Source: Coniocarpon cinnabarinum
Taxonomy: Eukaryota
Reading direction: 5' to 3'
Assembly: GCA_051942205.1 (NCBI GenBank)
Contig: JAVECO010000047.1
Coordinates: 62,001 to 126,000 of the forward strand
Length of the DNA stretch: 64,000 bases
Part shown: positions 12,543-23,572 of the stretch, in pieces
Numbering within the stretch: the first letter of the stretch is position 1
How the letters are laid out: each line of letters begins with the position of its first letter
Position numbers and translations under genes: made by a program
Notes under the pieces: model-generated
Databases searched by the model: none
What the model was told of the DNA's origin: nothing
The model's input: the letters and a program-made list of their open reading frames with translations, nothing else

Positions 12543-13145
12543 TGTGGTTCAGAGGTAGCAGGACGTGTCTAGTATTCGTCAGTACACATCCGCAGAAGCG
12601 ACTTGAGCAGTGGATTAAGTGCTATCTCCTTGTTGAAGGATGGTGAGGCAGATGAAACAGAATGCAGGGAAGAGCGAAGTTGCATATAGAGCTTCAAGCA
12701 CGCTGACAAGAGTGGTCACGCTAATGCAGGAACACCTTCCGTTTTTGGCTGCAATGGCTCAATGGCCTCGAGAACCTCGTAGCCTCCTATTGTGTGCAAC
12801 TGTCTCAGCTTGCCGTCAGAGTGAGCATATGAGACCCTTTTCATTCCGAAACTATCCTGTGATGCGCCGTCAGTGTCACATGAAAGCTGCGTCAACTTCA
12901 GGGCCCATTGCGGCGATTGGAGAAAACCGTGGCATTGTTGCACATCTGTTATCTGAATCAGTCACGCGTCCATACCCGACGTTCCGCTCGACAATGGTCG
13001 AGAAGCACTTGAGTGAAAAGAACGTTGTTTGCAAAACCTTCGAGTAAAACTTCGAGTCATGGAGCTTAGCAAGACCAGAAACACATTCATCTCTCTTTTC
13101 ATATGTTCGTTTGTTATCTACAACATCAACGCTGCTCTACTACAA

Positions 13146-13896
13146 TTAGAATCGAGTAAAAGGCAACCTGTGCGAGGTCAGTACGATCACTTTTGGTTGC
13201 ACCACTCACAAGCTGCTCACCACTTGCCCCTCATTGTGATGACCACCCAGTCACCCTTGTCATCGGTCTCTTTCTTCACATTCGTCGAGAAGGAGATGGC
13301 ACTCATGATACCATCGCCAAACTTTTCGTTCAGAATAGCCTTGTATGCATAACCATAATTTTGCACAATCTCGTACAGGCGGTAGACGAGCGGCTCCTTG
13401 GGCGGCATTGGCACGCTGCGACCTCTGTCTGGCCAGCCATACATCATCTGCATCAGTTGGCCTTGTTCAAGGCTCAAAATCTTGGACAGCTTGACGACGT
13501 CATCTTCTGAAGCTTTTGCTTGACCATAGAAGATGGCAGCTACAGCCACCTCGTCTCGACCAAGCTCTTTGCCAATTTGCTCGAAGGTAAGTTGCTTGGT
13601 CTTTTTCGCCTCGAACAAGATTGGTGACGTGGCTGGCAGGTTTGGGAGGTGTGCAGTCTGCCACGCCACATGTCAGCATGCATATTCCTCATGGTAGATA
13701 ACAATGACAGAGATATACTGACGTCAACTGTAGCTACGGGCTTGTCAAAGGACGCCATGTTTAGATAGGAGCTGTGGATATTCCTCTGCGCCAGTGCGAT
13801 TGGATGAAAGATTGGACGAAATTTTGGCAAAACGGAGGGTTGAGCAGCGATCCTGTTGCAAAGGAGCGAGCGCGTGAAAGTCCAGTGAGAAGCCAT
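13146..13896 (-). CDS. CYN1: Cyanate hydratase (cyanase); conserved start at 13758, alternative upstream in-frame ATG at 13896
   Basis: Motifs [51 protein letters not shown] and GKW|LPFTRF*. Introns at 13722..13658 and ~13220..13168. Confidence 0.95.
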
Positions 13897-14358
13897 TTTG
13901 TAGCTGGTGCGGGCGAAATGGCAAGACTCAAGAACTGGCGCGAGACCGATTGAGGAGCTGTATCCTACATCTACCTACACGTCACTTTCTGTTCGAGCTT
14001 GGAAAGAGGAGTGAGGGACAAACGTTGGCGGGATGACAGCATTTCGGAGCTGCTCACATCGTCATTCTTCAATACCTCGGCGCCCGCTGTTCCGATCACT
14101 TGACTCATGGCCTTCGAGCAGAAGTTGGCACGTGACGCTCCGTGGTTTGTATAGTCCCTGAAATCAATTAAACTTTAATGATTGACAAAATTTCCAATTG
14201 TGCTCAGAAGCAGCTATCGCATAAACCAGGCTCTTGTTCCTTCCATGTTCTTCCCTAAGTCTTCGCCGTCAAGGCTAAGCGTGATCATACAAAATGGCGG
14301 GGCTGATGCAAGTTATGAGAATCAAACTTGTTGCGCATCCGCATCTTCCTAAGGATTC

Positions 14359-17260
14359 TTAGCTTGCAACTTGCAAGAGTGAGAGAAGCGCTGAAGCTTC
14401 AGGCTTGTTTCCACTAAGCTCGAAGAAAACCCTGCAGTCTGTTAGGATTTGCTTCGAATCTTGATTACCCACGTTCATCGTGTCCAGCACAATATCTCTG
14501 AGCTCCCGGAACAGCGGCAACGCTTCGTGGTACCGCTTCTGATCGCTCAGCTCGCAGGCGTACTTCCACACAATGCTCATTGTAATGGCACTCTTCGGCG
14601 GATGGTGCTCTCGACAAAGCTGCAGTGCATCTCTGAACAGCTTTTCGGCTTCAGCCAGATCGCCGCGCTGCACGGCTAGATACGCTTCCTTCTCTTGGCT
14701 CATCAAGGCGCCCCAGTGGCCGGGACCGCCCATGTCTCTTCCTATTCTCCCTGCTTCCTTGTATTGTGTGAGTGCTTCTTCTTCGCGGCCTTCGAAGCCG
14801 AGCGCCTGGGCGTGAGTAAAGACTGCCATCATTGTCACGATGCTATGGTCGCCAATGCAGCGGCGACAGAGATCAACAAGATCGCCGGTAACAGATACCA
14901 TGTCCTTGACCTGACCCTGTAAGAAGCGGCTCTGAATCATGTTTATCAGCATCATTGGCAGCTCAGAATGCTGGTCGACGGTTGTTTGTGCCAGGTTCTT
15001 GATGAAATGCGGTGGTAGGAGCTCGCTCGTTAGTCTGTATGCTAAGGCACTATCTGATATGCTCAAGGCATACGAGCCGCACTGGTAGAGATATACAATG
15101 TTCTGCTCCAGCGTCTGCTCCCAGCTCTGACAAAGCTCTGCACTCTGCCACGCGAAACTATGGGTCCACAGTTGCAGGTTTTCCAGCAGCGTGTGGAAGT
15201 GACCAACGAGCTGTGTCTTGAAAGCGGCCGATATAGCGTATCGACCGCTTGAGGGGTCAAAATGCAGATAAATAAAGTAGCCGATCAATCTAGCTGCTAT
15301 AGTAAAGTTGTCTTGATATTGCTCAGCTGTGCAGCGCAGTCGCAACCAATCTTGCACCAGGGGATGCAAAGAAAATACGTAGTGACCTTCCTCGACTAGA
15401 TCATACGTCTGGAATAGCGAGAGGTCACTCAAGAGAATCAAGCTCTGTACAAACCCGTCTTGGCTCCAGACCATACCTGGCCGTTGATCGACAGAAGTGT
15501 GGTCAGGACAAGCTTCTGAGTCAACCTCATTCATGTCCTCGTGAGGATTGGGTATCTGTTTTTGATTTTCAGGAACCCTAGCTGGGTCAAAACAATTCGT
15601 GGCGGTCGACGACTCCGGCAAAGGATCAATGTCAACTGCGCTATCTGTAAGCGGACGACCTGGCGGCGCAGAAGTCCGCTTATCAGACGCGTCGCTGATA
15701 TGCTCATTGATGCAACATTGCTGGTGTTCAAGGAACGGCTCAAGCACGCGCATCAGAGCACCAGCTTCGCCATGATCAGGCTTGGATCCGTGATAGTATC
15801 TGCGCAACAACTCCTCAGAGATCTGACTCCCAGCAATGAAGGAGCTCACCTCAAGAAGCTTACCCGCTGCTTCGCCTGCGACGCCCCTCTGTTCAAGTTG
15901 TTGGTAGGAAAGCTCCCAAGTCGTGAATACGTTCAAAGCTACTTCGCATTCGTCGCTCGACAAACGTCTCCTGTACTGCGTCAAACTCGGTGTATGCTTT
16001 AAAATTGTCTGCCTGCTTCGTTCGTAATGCTCGTCAAACCGATCAAGTGGGATTTTGCGCTTTTTTACGTAGCTGGCAGCTTGTGTGATTGCAAGTGGAT
16101 GATAGCACAATCGTTGGACAATGCGCTGAGCTTGCTCGTGATTGGCATCGGTCGCACGCTTGATGAGCTTACAGAAGAGCTGGACCGCTGACTCTGTCTC
16201 CAATCCTCCAACTTCGACGAACTCGTTCATCGGGTCGCCGACCAACGCTTCACAATCAGCATGCCGGCTCGTAAAGAGCACAGATCCGACTGCGCTGTCA
16301 GGAATATAGTCCTCAATGTTTGGAAATGTGACCGGGTCGTCAAAGTTGTCGAAGACCATGAACCAGCTACGGCTAAAAGAGGTGATCACATCTTTCACAA
16401 ACTCAACACGGCGGTTGCAGTCTGACGGAATCTCTTCGGGACTTCCAACCACATCCGCAATTTCTTCATATCTGGCGCGCAATGCTGCCTCCGAAGAAGC
16501 GTCTACCCACAAAATAGCATCCAGCTTGTCCTGGTAACGTTCTCGACCCATACGACAGAGCTCAAAAGCGATTTGACTTTTGCCAGTACCGCCCATGCCA
16601 TGCAGCACTGTCCGTCGCTCACGAAGGTCGTCGCCTACGACGCTCATAAGCCAGCAGATCAAAATATTACGGAGTGAACTTACTGTGTTGCCTTGGTCGC
16701 AAGAGCTCGCCGTCAAGCTTTGCGAGGAGGTACTCTCTCCCCACGAAACATTGTACGTGACGCGTTGGGACCTTCCAGATGAATTGCCTATGTTGTAGTT
16801 GTTCGCTTTGAGCAGATACTGAAGCCTGTTGTCGTGGCGGATCTCGGAGCAACGTTGAATTTCGATGCTCTATACATAGCATCAAATCCATCTTGTGCCT
16901 ATCAAGTCCGTCGAAGAGCTTCTCCAGATCCTGCTCCTTCATGGCCGCAAGCAAAGAGTAGGAATATTTGCGTATGCCAGGTCTCGCGAGACCTTCTGCA
17001 AGCCTCTCGAGCTTCTTCTTGATGCGCTCAAGCACGTCCGTACAGCTTGTTAGCGTCAATGCCATACTCGGCGTATGCAAAGACGGATCGTTCGTAATGT
17101 CATCGGTTATAGACTTGAATTGCTGCAGCTGACGTATCTGCCTGCGGATCGTTTCTGCTGCTTTCTTCGATTTCTCGTACAGTTTGATAAGCGATGAAAT
17201 TATGCCGAGAGCCTGCTCAGCAATCTGGCTTGCTGCCGCTGCAGCACCTAATACCTCCAT
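14359..17260 (-). CDS. Fungal NLR (STAND): N-terminal HeLo-like/SesA-like helical domain, NB-ARC, TPR repeats (~950 aa, one 49-nt intron 16683..16635)
   Basis: N-terminus MEVLGAAAAASQIAEQALGIISSLIKLY; FVGREYLL; P-loop GMGGTGKSQIA; Walker B WFMVFDNFD; VLFTSR; HPLAITQAASY; SLHPLVQDW; C-terminal TPRs. A GTAAGT...TAG intron joins the two ORFs in frame. Confidence 0.9.
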
Positions 17261-18036
17261 AGGCCTCTTTGATCTTGGAATACTCCTGCAACAGGATCCG
17301 ATCGGTTTGCACTCAAAACCCGTAGTCTTACATTGGATTTATTTACAATATGTGTCTTGCAGCGTTAAACATGGAATAGGGTATAGCCGCCGCGCAGGGC
17401 TCTTAGAGAATTCAAGAAAGGAAAAGAGGGGGAAATGAAAAAGCTGCCATGCTTTCAAGAACTGACAGAGGAGAGGCATGGCTTTTGCAGCTTTGGATGT
17501 GCGAAAGACTGAGGCACAGCCGCATCGCGTTACATGCACGGGAACCCTGCAGACGTGTCATGCAGCCTACTAGATAAGGATCTTGCTCATTGGTGGGCTT
17601 GCCGCCAGTACTTTGTCTCGTTCTGAAGTACACAGAGCCCCTCAAACCGAGATCAAACGCATCCTCATATTTCCCTGACCGAGCTCGTGCAGAAACCGTC
17701 AGTCCAAAGCATGCCTCATTGGCTTCTGGTGGATCTTCTTGCAACGAAAAAATGCTTGAAATGCATTGTGAATAACTAATGAGCTTAGTGTAGTAGCGGC
17801 GGCATTCTATGTCAATGATGTTCATAGACGAAATCACGCAATCTGACAGGAACTGACTGGAAGTCTTGGAAAGTGGACAAAGACGCGATGATTATTCCCA
17901 TTCACCACGCGTGCAAACAGCAACATTCACAAGAACGGATTAATGATTGTCCGAGATTTCGTGAAGTTGCGGCTCAGTATCAGAAGCAATCTCCTAAGTA
18001 CTCACGGCACAAACTTTTGACAGATTGCACTCAACT

Positions 18037-19188
18037 ATGTGTCGCTTTCTGGTAATGCTGAATCGGCCGCTGCAAAGCCTTTGTAGAGACTGATGACACA
18101 AACAGGTCTATAAAGGCAAAGAGCAGATCCTTCTATCAAAGTTGATACTGGAGCCAGCACATTCCATTCTAACTCAGTCATACGACTCACGCCTGCGTGT
18201 TGATACACGTCGCCCACACAATGGCGATGGCTTTGGAGTTGGCTACTATACTGATCCAAGTCTCGGACCAGAGCCTTGCATCTTCACCTCAACCATTCCA
18301 GCATGGAATTGCTTGAATCTTGAACGACTGGCGTCCAAGACACAATCGTCTCTAATCTTTGCTCACGTACGGGCTACCACAGAGGGTAATCTCTCAGATC
18401 AAAACTGCCATCCATTCAGTTATGGCGGTCTCATGTGGATGCATAACGGTGGCATCGGCGGGTGGTCTCACGTGAAGAGACGACTCGCCACTTCCGTCAG
18501 TGAAAGGTGGTTCATGAACGTCCAAGGATCGACGGACAGCGAATGGGCCTTCGCGCTGTTTTTAGACTGTCTGGAGAAAGCCGGTCACGACCCTGCTCAT
18601 ATTGACGAAAACCGGGGTTTTGGAAATGGTGTCTTGCGATGGGCGCTTCTAAGGACGATTGAGAGGATCAATGAGTTTACAGCAGCTATCCCACCGGAGC
18701 AACAGGGAGCGTCGCACTCGGTCAGTCTCCTGAACTTTGCCGTCACGGATGGTCACAGTGTCGTTTGCTCTCGGTACGTGGGCAGCAAAACAGATCAGGC
18801 GGCAAGCCTTTTCTTCTCGTCCGGCACCAGCTGGAAGGCGCCTAAGTCCAGCGCCGACAAAGGCCAGTACAGAATGGAGCGACGCGACAAAGGCTCGGAT
18901 ATTATTTTGGTGGCCAGCGAGCCCCTTACCTTTGAAAGAAGTAATGTCTTCACCTCAGGCGCGGGCTGTTGAATGTGCTGACGTGCTGGAAAAGACAATT
19001 GGGTCACTGTACCTACCAACTCGACCCTAACAATCTACAAACAGACAGTCATGATTCACCCGATACTGGATGAGAATTACAATGACGACGCATGGTTTGT
19101 GAGGTCGCCACAGCTTGTCAAAGAGAAAGGCCAAATGGACGATTCGACAGTCGCTTCAGGAATGGAGGCGCTGCCACTAGCAGCGTGA
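18037..19188 (+). CDS. DUG3: Class II glutamine amidotransferase DUG3 (glutathione degradation), 3 exons
   Basis: MCRFL|VYKG gives the N-terminal nucleophile Cys. Also HNGDGFGVGYY, FAHVRAT, NCHPF, MHNGG, GSTDSEWAFA, LLNFAVTDG, VASEPLTFE and WVTVPTNS. TGA at 19186-19188. Confidence 0.93.
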
Positions 19189-19690
19189 AACACGCGCAAG
19201 GGAGATTTCGCCATCAAATCGAATGTCAGAGCACGGGCTGCGCAGCCAAGCACCCTTCACCAATTCCAGAAGATCACGCATGAGCCGCCCGGCTTACGCC
19301 TGAACCGCGGTGACGTCGGCGTAAGACAAGAAAGAGAAATACTTGCGAAGCTTGTTGAGTGGCCACGACGCTCGACAGTGGCTGGGCAAGGAGGCGCAGG
19401 CTTGCGGATGCCGGTAAAAGATTCATGGCAGCGCAGAATCCTTTCCTCTCGGACATTCTCGCAGCCTGTGGTCATGACGGCACACAGCCCCTCACCTCGC
19501 CCCTCCATTTCCTACTAAAGAAGTCGTTTGCTTGCTCAATCTGCCTCGTATTACCTCCAATCCTGTTCAGAACATCTTCAGAGAGAAGCAAACGCATACA
19601 TTTGTACGAGTAAACAAGCAACCTCGTTCGACTGCTTCCATCCCGTCAATACCCTTCCATCCCATCGCCATCCCTCACAGTCCATACCTC

Positions 19691-20347
19691 ATGTCGGACC
19701 CCTACGGCTACGGCAGCCAACAAGGCTACCCCCCTCAGCAAGGCTATCCTCAGCAAAGCGCATACTCAACCCAAGGCGGCTACCCACCACAACGCTATCC
19801 CCCTCAGCAAGGCTATCCACCCCAGCAAGGCTACGACCAGCAACAAGCCTACGGCTACAGCCAACCACCCCCCCAACAATACGGCAGTCCCGCTCCCCAG
19901 CAAGCTTCCTACGGCGCCCCACAAGAATATAACCGCGAAGCCTACGACCAGAACCAAGCATACGGTTCTGGTTACGGCCCACCCGTGCAGGGCGGCTTTC
20001 AACACGCGCAATCACCACCGCCACAGGACCAATACGCACAATACGGAGTTCAGCCCTACGGAATACCGGGACAAGTGCATGATCCGTCGTCGCCGGGTTC
20101 GCAGTTCCCGCAGCAAGGCGCTTACAACCAGGCGCCGTACCCCGGTGACCCGAATGCTCCCGAGGGTGAGAGGGGCCTGATGGGTGCCATCGCCGGTGGC
20201 GTCGCGGGTGCCTATGGTGGCCACAAAAAGGGACATGGTTTCCTCGGTGCCATCGGAGGATCCGTCGTGGGATCGAAACTGCAAGACCACTTTCTCAAGG
20301 ACAAGCGCCATTCGTCGCATGGGTACCGGGACGGTGGCGATTTCTGA
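19691..20347 (+). CDS. Gln/Pro/Tyr/Gly-rich protein with a C-terminal glycine-zipper motif
   Basis: ATG 19691. Repeated QQGYPP units, then GERGLMGAIAGGVAGAYGGHKKGHGFLGAIGGSVVGSKLQD. Confidence 0.8.
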   Translation: MSDPYGYGSQQGYPPQQGYPQQSAYSTQGGYPPQRYPPQQGYPPQQGYDQQQAYGYSQPPPQQYGSPAPQQASYGAPQEYNREAYDQNQAYGSGYGPPVQGGFQHAQSPPPQDQYAQYGVQPYGIPGQVHDPSSPGSQFPQQGAYNQAPYPGDPNAPEGERGLMGAIAGGVAGAYGGHKKGHGFLGAIGGSVVGSKLQDHFLKDKRHSSHGYRDGGDF

Positions 20348-21249
20348 TAGCTGCGATGAAGAGAGAAAGAGGCGGAATCAGGTGTTTTCATGCAACAGAG
20401 GGTAGGGTTTATGAGGCGTTTTCGTGATTGACGACCAAGCGTTTGAGAACGTCGTGGGCTTTGCGAGTTGGAAAAGGATCTGATTAACGGGTGAAGTTTG
20501 GCAAGCGACGAAGTAACGATGAATGGCATCATCATATTGTCCTAACATGTGTGCCTTTTCACTTTGTCTGCTGCGATCCGAAAGTGTCGCGCTGCTGCTA
20601 GAACTGTCTCAGAGATCGTGAAAGCGTGATAAGAGGGTCTCGCGGAGTACGCATTTTTTGCGCATCGCCAGTTATTTAGACCACTACAATCTTACTTTCA
20701 CAACACGTTTGCTCACTATGTCCTCTATAAGTTACGTTATTTCGATGCCTCCTACACTGCATGTAGCTCCTCAACCTTCTATCTCTAGTTTACGTTTCTC
20801 ATCCACTGAACTCGTTATCAGCACCTCCGCTCTTCGCTTTACTTTGAAAACTCACACCTTCTACCCGCCTCATACAGAATATGGCAAAGTTTGACGGTAT
20901 CTTGACCATTCGTGGTGCTGTGGCAGAATGTGACTCTCAGTCATTCCTTTGTTCCGTGTTACTTTTTATGCTTATTGACACTTGCTTCAACCAGCATGGG
21001 TAACTTGAGTTGCTCGTCATTAATCTGAAGTCTTGTCCATCAGCGGCTCTGCGCGCATGGCGGTTCTTTCTCGGGTCTGTTCAGTGCGCTCTGATGTTTG
21101 ATGGCGGTTGTGACTATTTGCTGGGAGAATTCGCTCATCAAAACTTTCATAAAGCCTTTGTCGAGAACGGCCTCCGCCTAGTGGTCACTATCCGGGCTGC
21201 AAAGTGTAGCTATGAGCTGAGTATCGGTCATGGCCCACGAGTGAGTAAA

Positions 21250-22476
21250 TTACCACGCTGCTTCGTGGTAGGTGTCTATGTGTGCCTGGTGCGAGCGTGG
21301 TGAAATCGGTCTGGGAAGCATTGTGGTTCCCGGCCTGATGTTTGATAAGGCAGCAACGAGTTCATCTCGTTCTTGACGATAGAAGTCGCGCTCCACGACC
21401 AACTTTGCATTGTCCTGTCGAAAACTGTTATTTTGAGCCGTCAGTATACCCGTTAGCGTATCTATTTGGTTCTTTGCTGTTTCTTCTTCCTCCTCCTCCT
21501 CTCGCTTCTGACGAGCTAGTCGCGCTTGTATTCTCGCTATGAATGAAGCGAGTCGACGCTCTCCGTCACTGGCTAGACCTCGACCTTTTCTGACGTCGAT
21601 TGATGTGTTTGTCTGAGATTGCATAAGCTCAACACTGGTGTGTGATATTTTCGTTTGGGCCCCTGAAGCCTTTGAGGCACTGCTGGCGGCTTTTTCTTTG
21701 GCAGAGAGGGAACTAGTGGGCTGTGAGGTTGGCAGCAAGGGAGGCTCGACACCTGCGTGCACTTGACCAGAAACTTCGCTTCTAGGAGGCGCTGAGCCTT
21801 CAGACCGCCACCGCCGAGGATGTGGAGCATCGTATGACCTACGCTGTGATTCTGGTGGAGTAAACTTATAGTTGATCGACGAGGCTCTGCAATTTTCTAT
21901 CGCATCTATGAAGCGTGAATCATCCGTTTCAACCTCCTCATGAAACGCTCTGACATGTAGCGCTAGTTCTCTTGCATGTGAATATCGATATCCCTTTTCG
22001 GTGCGACAAAATGGACATACAAAACCGTCATGCGCATCAACGTGCTGCAACACATCTTCCCGGGACTTGAATTCCCGGCCTGTTTGCGAGCGCGGACATT
22101 CTTTGCGGGGGCAAAGATGAGGCCGGTCCGAATAGTGGCTTTTTTGATGCTCATTAAGCTCGTTTGCGGTGTGAAATGGTGGTGCTTGACAAGTATCATG
22201 CGGACAACGATAGCTAGGACCCGACACGGGTGGGTATCCATGGTAGTGGTAATGATTAGTGGTGCTGAAATGGACGTTGGAGCTTATGAAGTCATGACTG
22301 CTGTGTCTATCAAGTGAGTTCCGTGAGCCGCTGATGTGACTGGCTGAGTTGACTGAGTCATTACTCTGACTGCTGTGTAGAGAATGATCCGAGCGATCGC
22401 CAAATTGGGCTTCGTCGCCATCGACTGCGATAGCCGAGTAACTGTGTCCTGATCCTCGGCTACTCGAGGCCTCCAT
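21250..22476 (-). CDS. Chimeric putative transcription factor: N-terminal HET-s-like motif, three C2H2 fingers, degenerate bZIP-like coiled coil
   Basis: First in-frame ATG at 22476. Fingers CPHDTC..HQKSH, CPRKEC..HVDAH and CPFC..HVRAFH. C-terminal LVVERDFYRQERD..PRPISPR resembles a fungal bZIP-type tail. Confidence 0.7.
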   Translation of the reverse strand: MEASSSRGSGHSYSAIAVDGDEAQFGDRSDHSLHSSQSNDSVNSASHISGSRNSLDRHSSHDFISSNVHFSTTNHYHYHGYPPVSGPSYRCPHDTCQAPPFHTANELNEHQKSHYSDRPHLCPRKECPRSQTGREFKSREDVLQHVDAHDGFVCPFCRTEKGYRYSHARELALHVRAFHEEVETDDSRFIDAIENCRASSINYKFTPPESQRRSYDAPHPRRWRSEGSAPPRSEVSGQVHAGVEPPLLPTSQPTSSLSAKEKAASSASKASGAQTKISHTSVELMQSQTNTSIDVRKGRGLASDGERRLASFIARIQARLARQKREEEEEEETAKNQIDTLTGILTAQNNSFRQDNAKLVVERDFYRQERDELVAALSNIRPGTTMLPRPISPRSHQAHIDTYHEAAW

Positions 22477-23572
22477 GCAGTCGATTGCGCTTGATGACTC
22501 CAATTCATGTCAAATGCAACCTGGACTCATACACCACCCTTCAAAGCACCGTGGATTTGCGACGCGAAGTTATTGCGGTTGTGAAAGAAGGTTATGCATA
22601 AGGCAGAAGCTGTACATGGTCCGCGTATACGTCCTCCCAGTTGGGCAGGTTTGCTTGAGATTGAGTCTGGAGCTGCGGGGGGGAAACGAGGGCCAGGTAC
22701 CTAGGTACCTGACAGCTTTTCGAAGTTGTACCAGATCTTGATTTGGAAGGCGTGTCTCGGGCGATCATATTTCTGAAGCCATTTCAAAGTGCACTGAGTG
22801 GTCAATGATCGACGATGACTGGGGAGAATGCAACCATCTGCAGTAGAAAACCACCTGAGCTGCGAAGGGAGAATACGGAGGAGGCGCGATGTGCCTGCCG
22901 AACGAAGCTCTTGGCATAAGTCTAAGAGATTGGAGTATGATATAATTGCCATGAGACTCTCAGGCAATTCTCTGCTAGTCGTGCTCCGATTTGTCAACGA
23001 ATATGCTCTCATGATCTGGTGGCGAGCAGTAAGCCTATTGTTCAACAGGAACCGGGACAGGATGGACCGTCATTAGAACCAGCTTGACCATTGAAATCCT
23101 TGCGGGCCGTCTTTGCTTGTGCAATGGCCTCTTTGGGATACAGTGTTGCAACAGCATTTCGTATTGACCGAGCTGCCTTCAGTCTGACACACTGATAGCA
23201 TCATCTTTGTCGTTCTGGATTCACTTTGAGTCCTGCGAGCCACGCAATGGGCTGTATGGCTATAGCAGATGCCAAAATTGACGACGAGAGCAACAACGGC
23301 CTTCCGTGTGGACGTTTGCCCTTGGAGTTCTGTGCGATACTTCATGAGTCCGGACAGCTGAAAGGGCTCTTTCATCTTGTGGGATCTTTACAAACTGTAG
23401 TCATATTGCTAAGTAACTCAAGCTTTCGCCGCCGGTGCTGTAACCTACTGTGTGTACGCCATCAGTCGGCATATTCGGTGGCTTTCCGGAATAGTCACGC
23501 CTGCTACGATCGCCTCGGATATGCAAGCGCTTCAAATTCTTCGACTGCGGGCTATTAGTTGCGGAGACTGAT

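Noticed and set aside
13146..13896. Possible cyanase-carbonic anhydrase cluster
   Set aside because: No carbonic anhydrase motifs in the neighbouring genes.
16635..16716. Apparent frameshift splitting the NLR into 197-aa and 785-aa ORFs
   Set aside because: A canonical 49-nt GTAAGT...TAG intron restores the frame; not a pseudogene.
17412..17837. 141-aa ORF upstream of the NLR with a TPR-like patch (RSGKYEDAFDL)
   Set aside because: Single weak patch, non-ATG start and no supporting gene structure.
7369..19188. Nitrogen-salvage/redox 'cluster' (OHCU decarboxylase, Ybp1-like, cyanase, DUG3)
   Set aside because: Different pathways, interleaved with unrelated genes; no shared motif seen.
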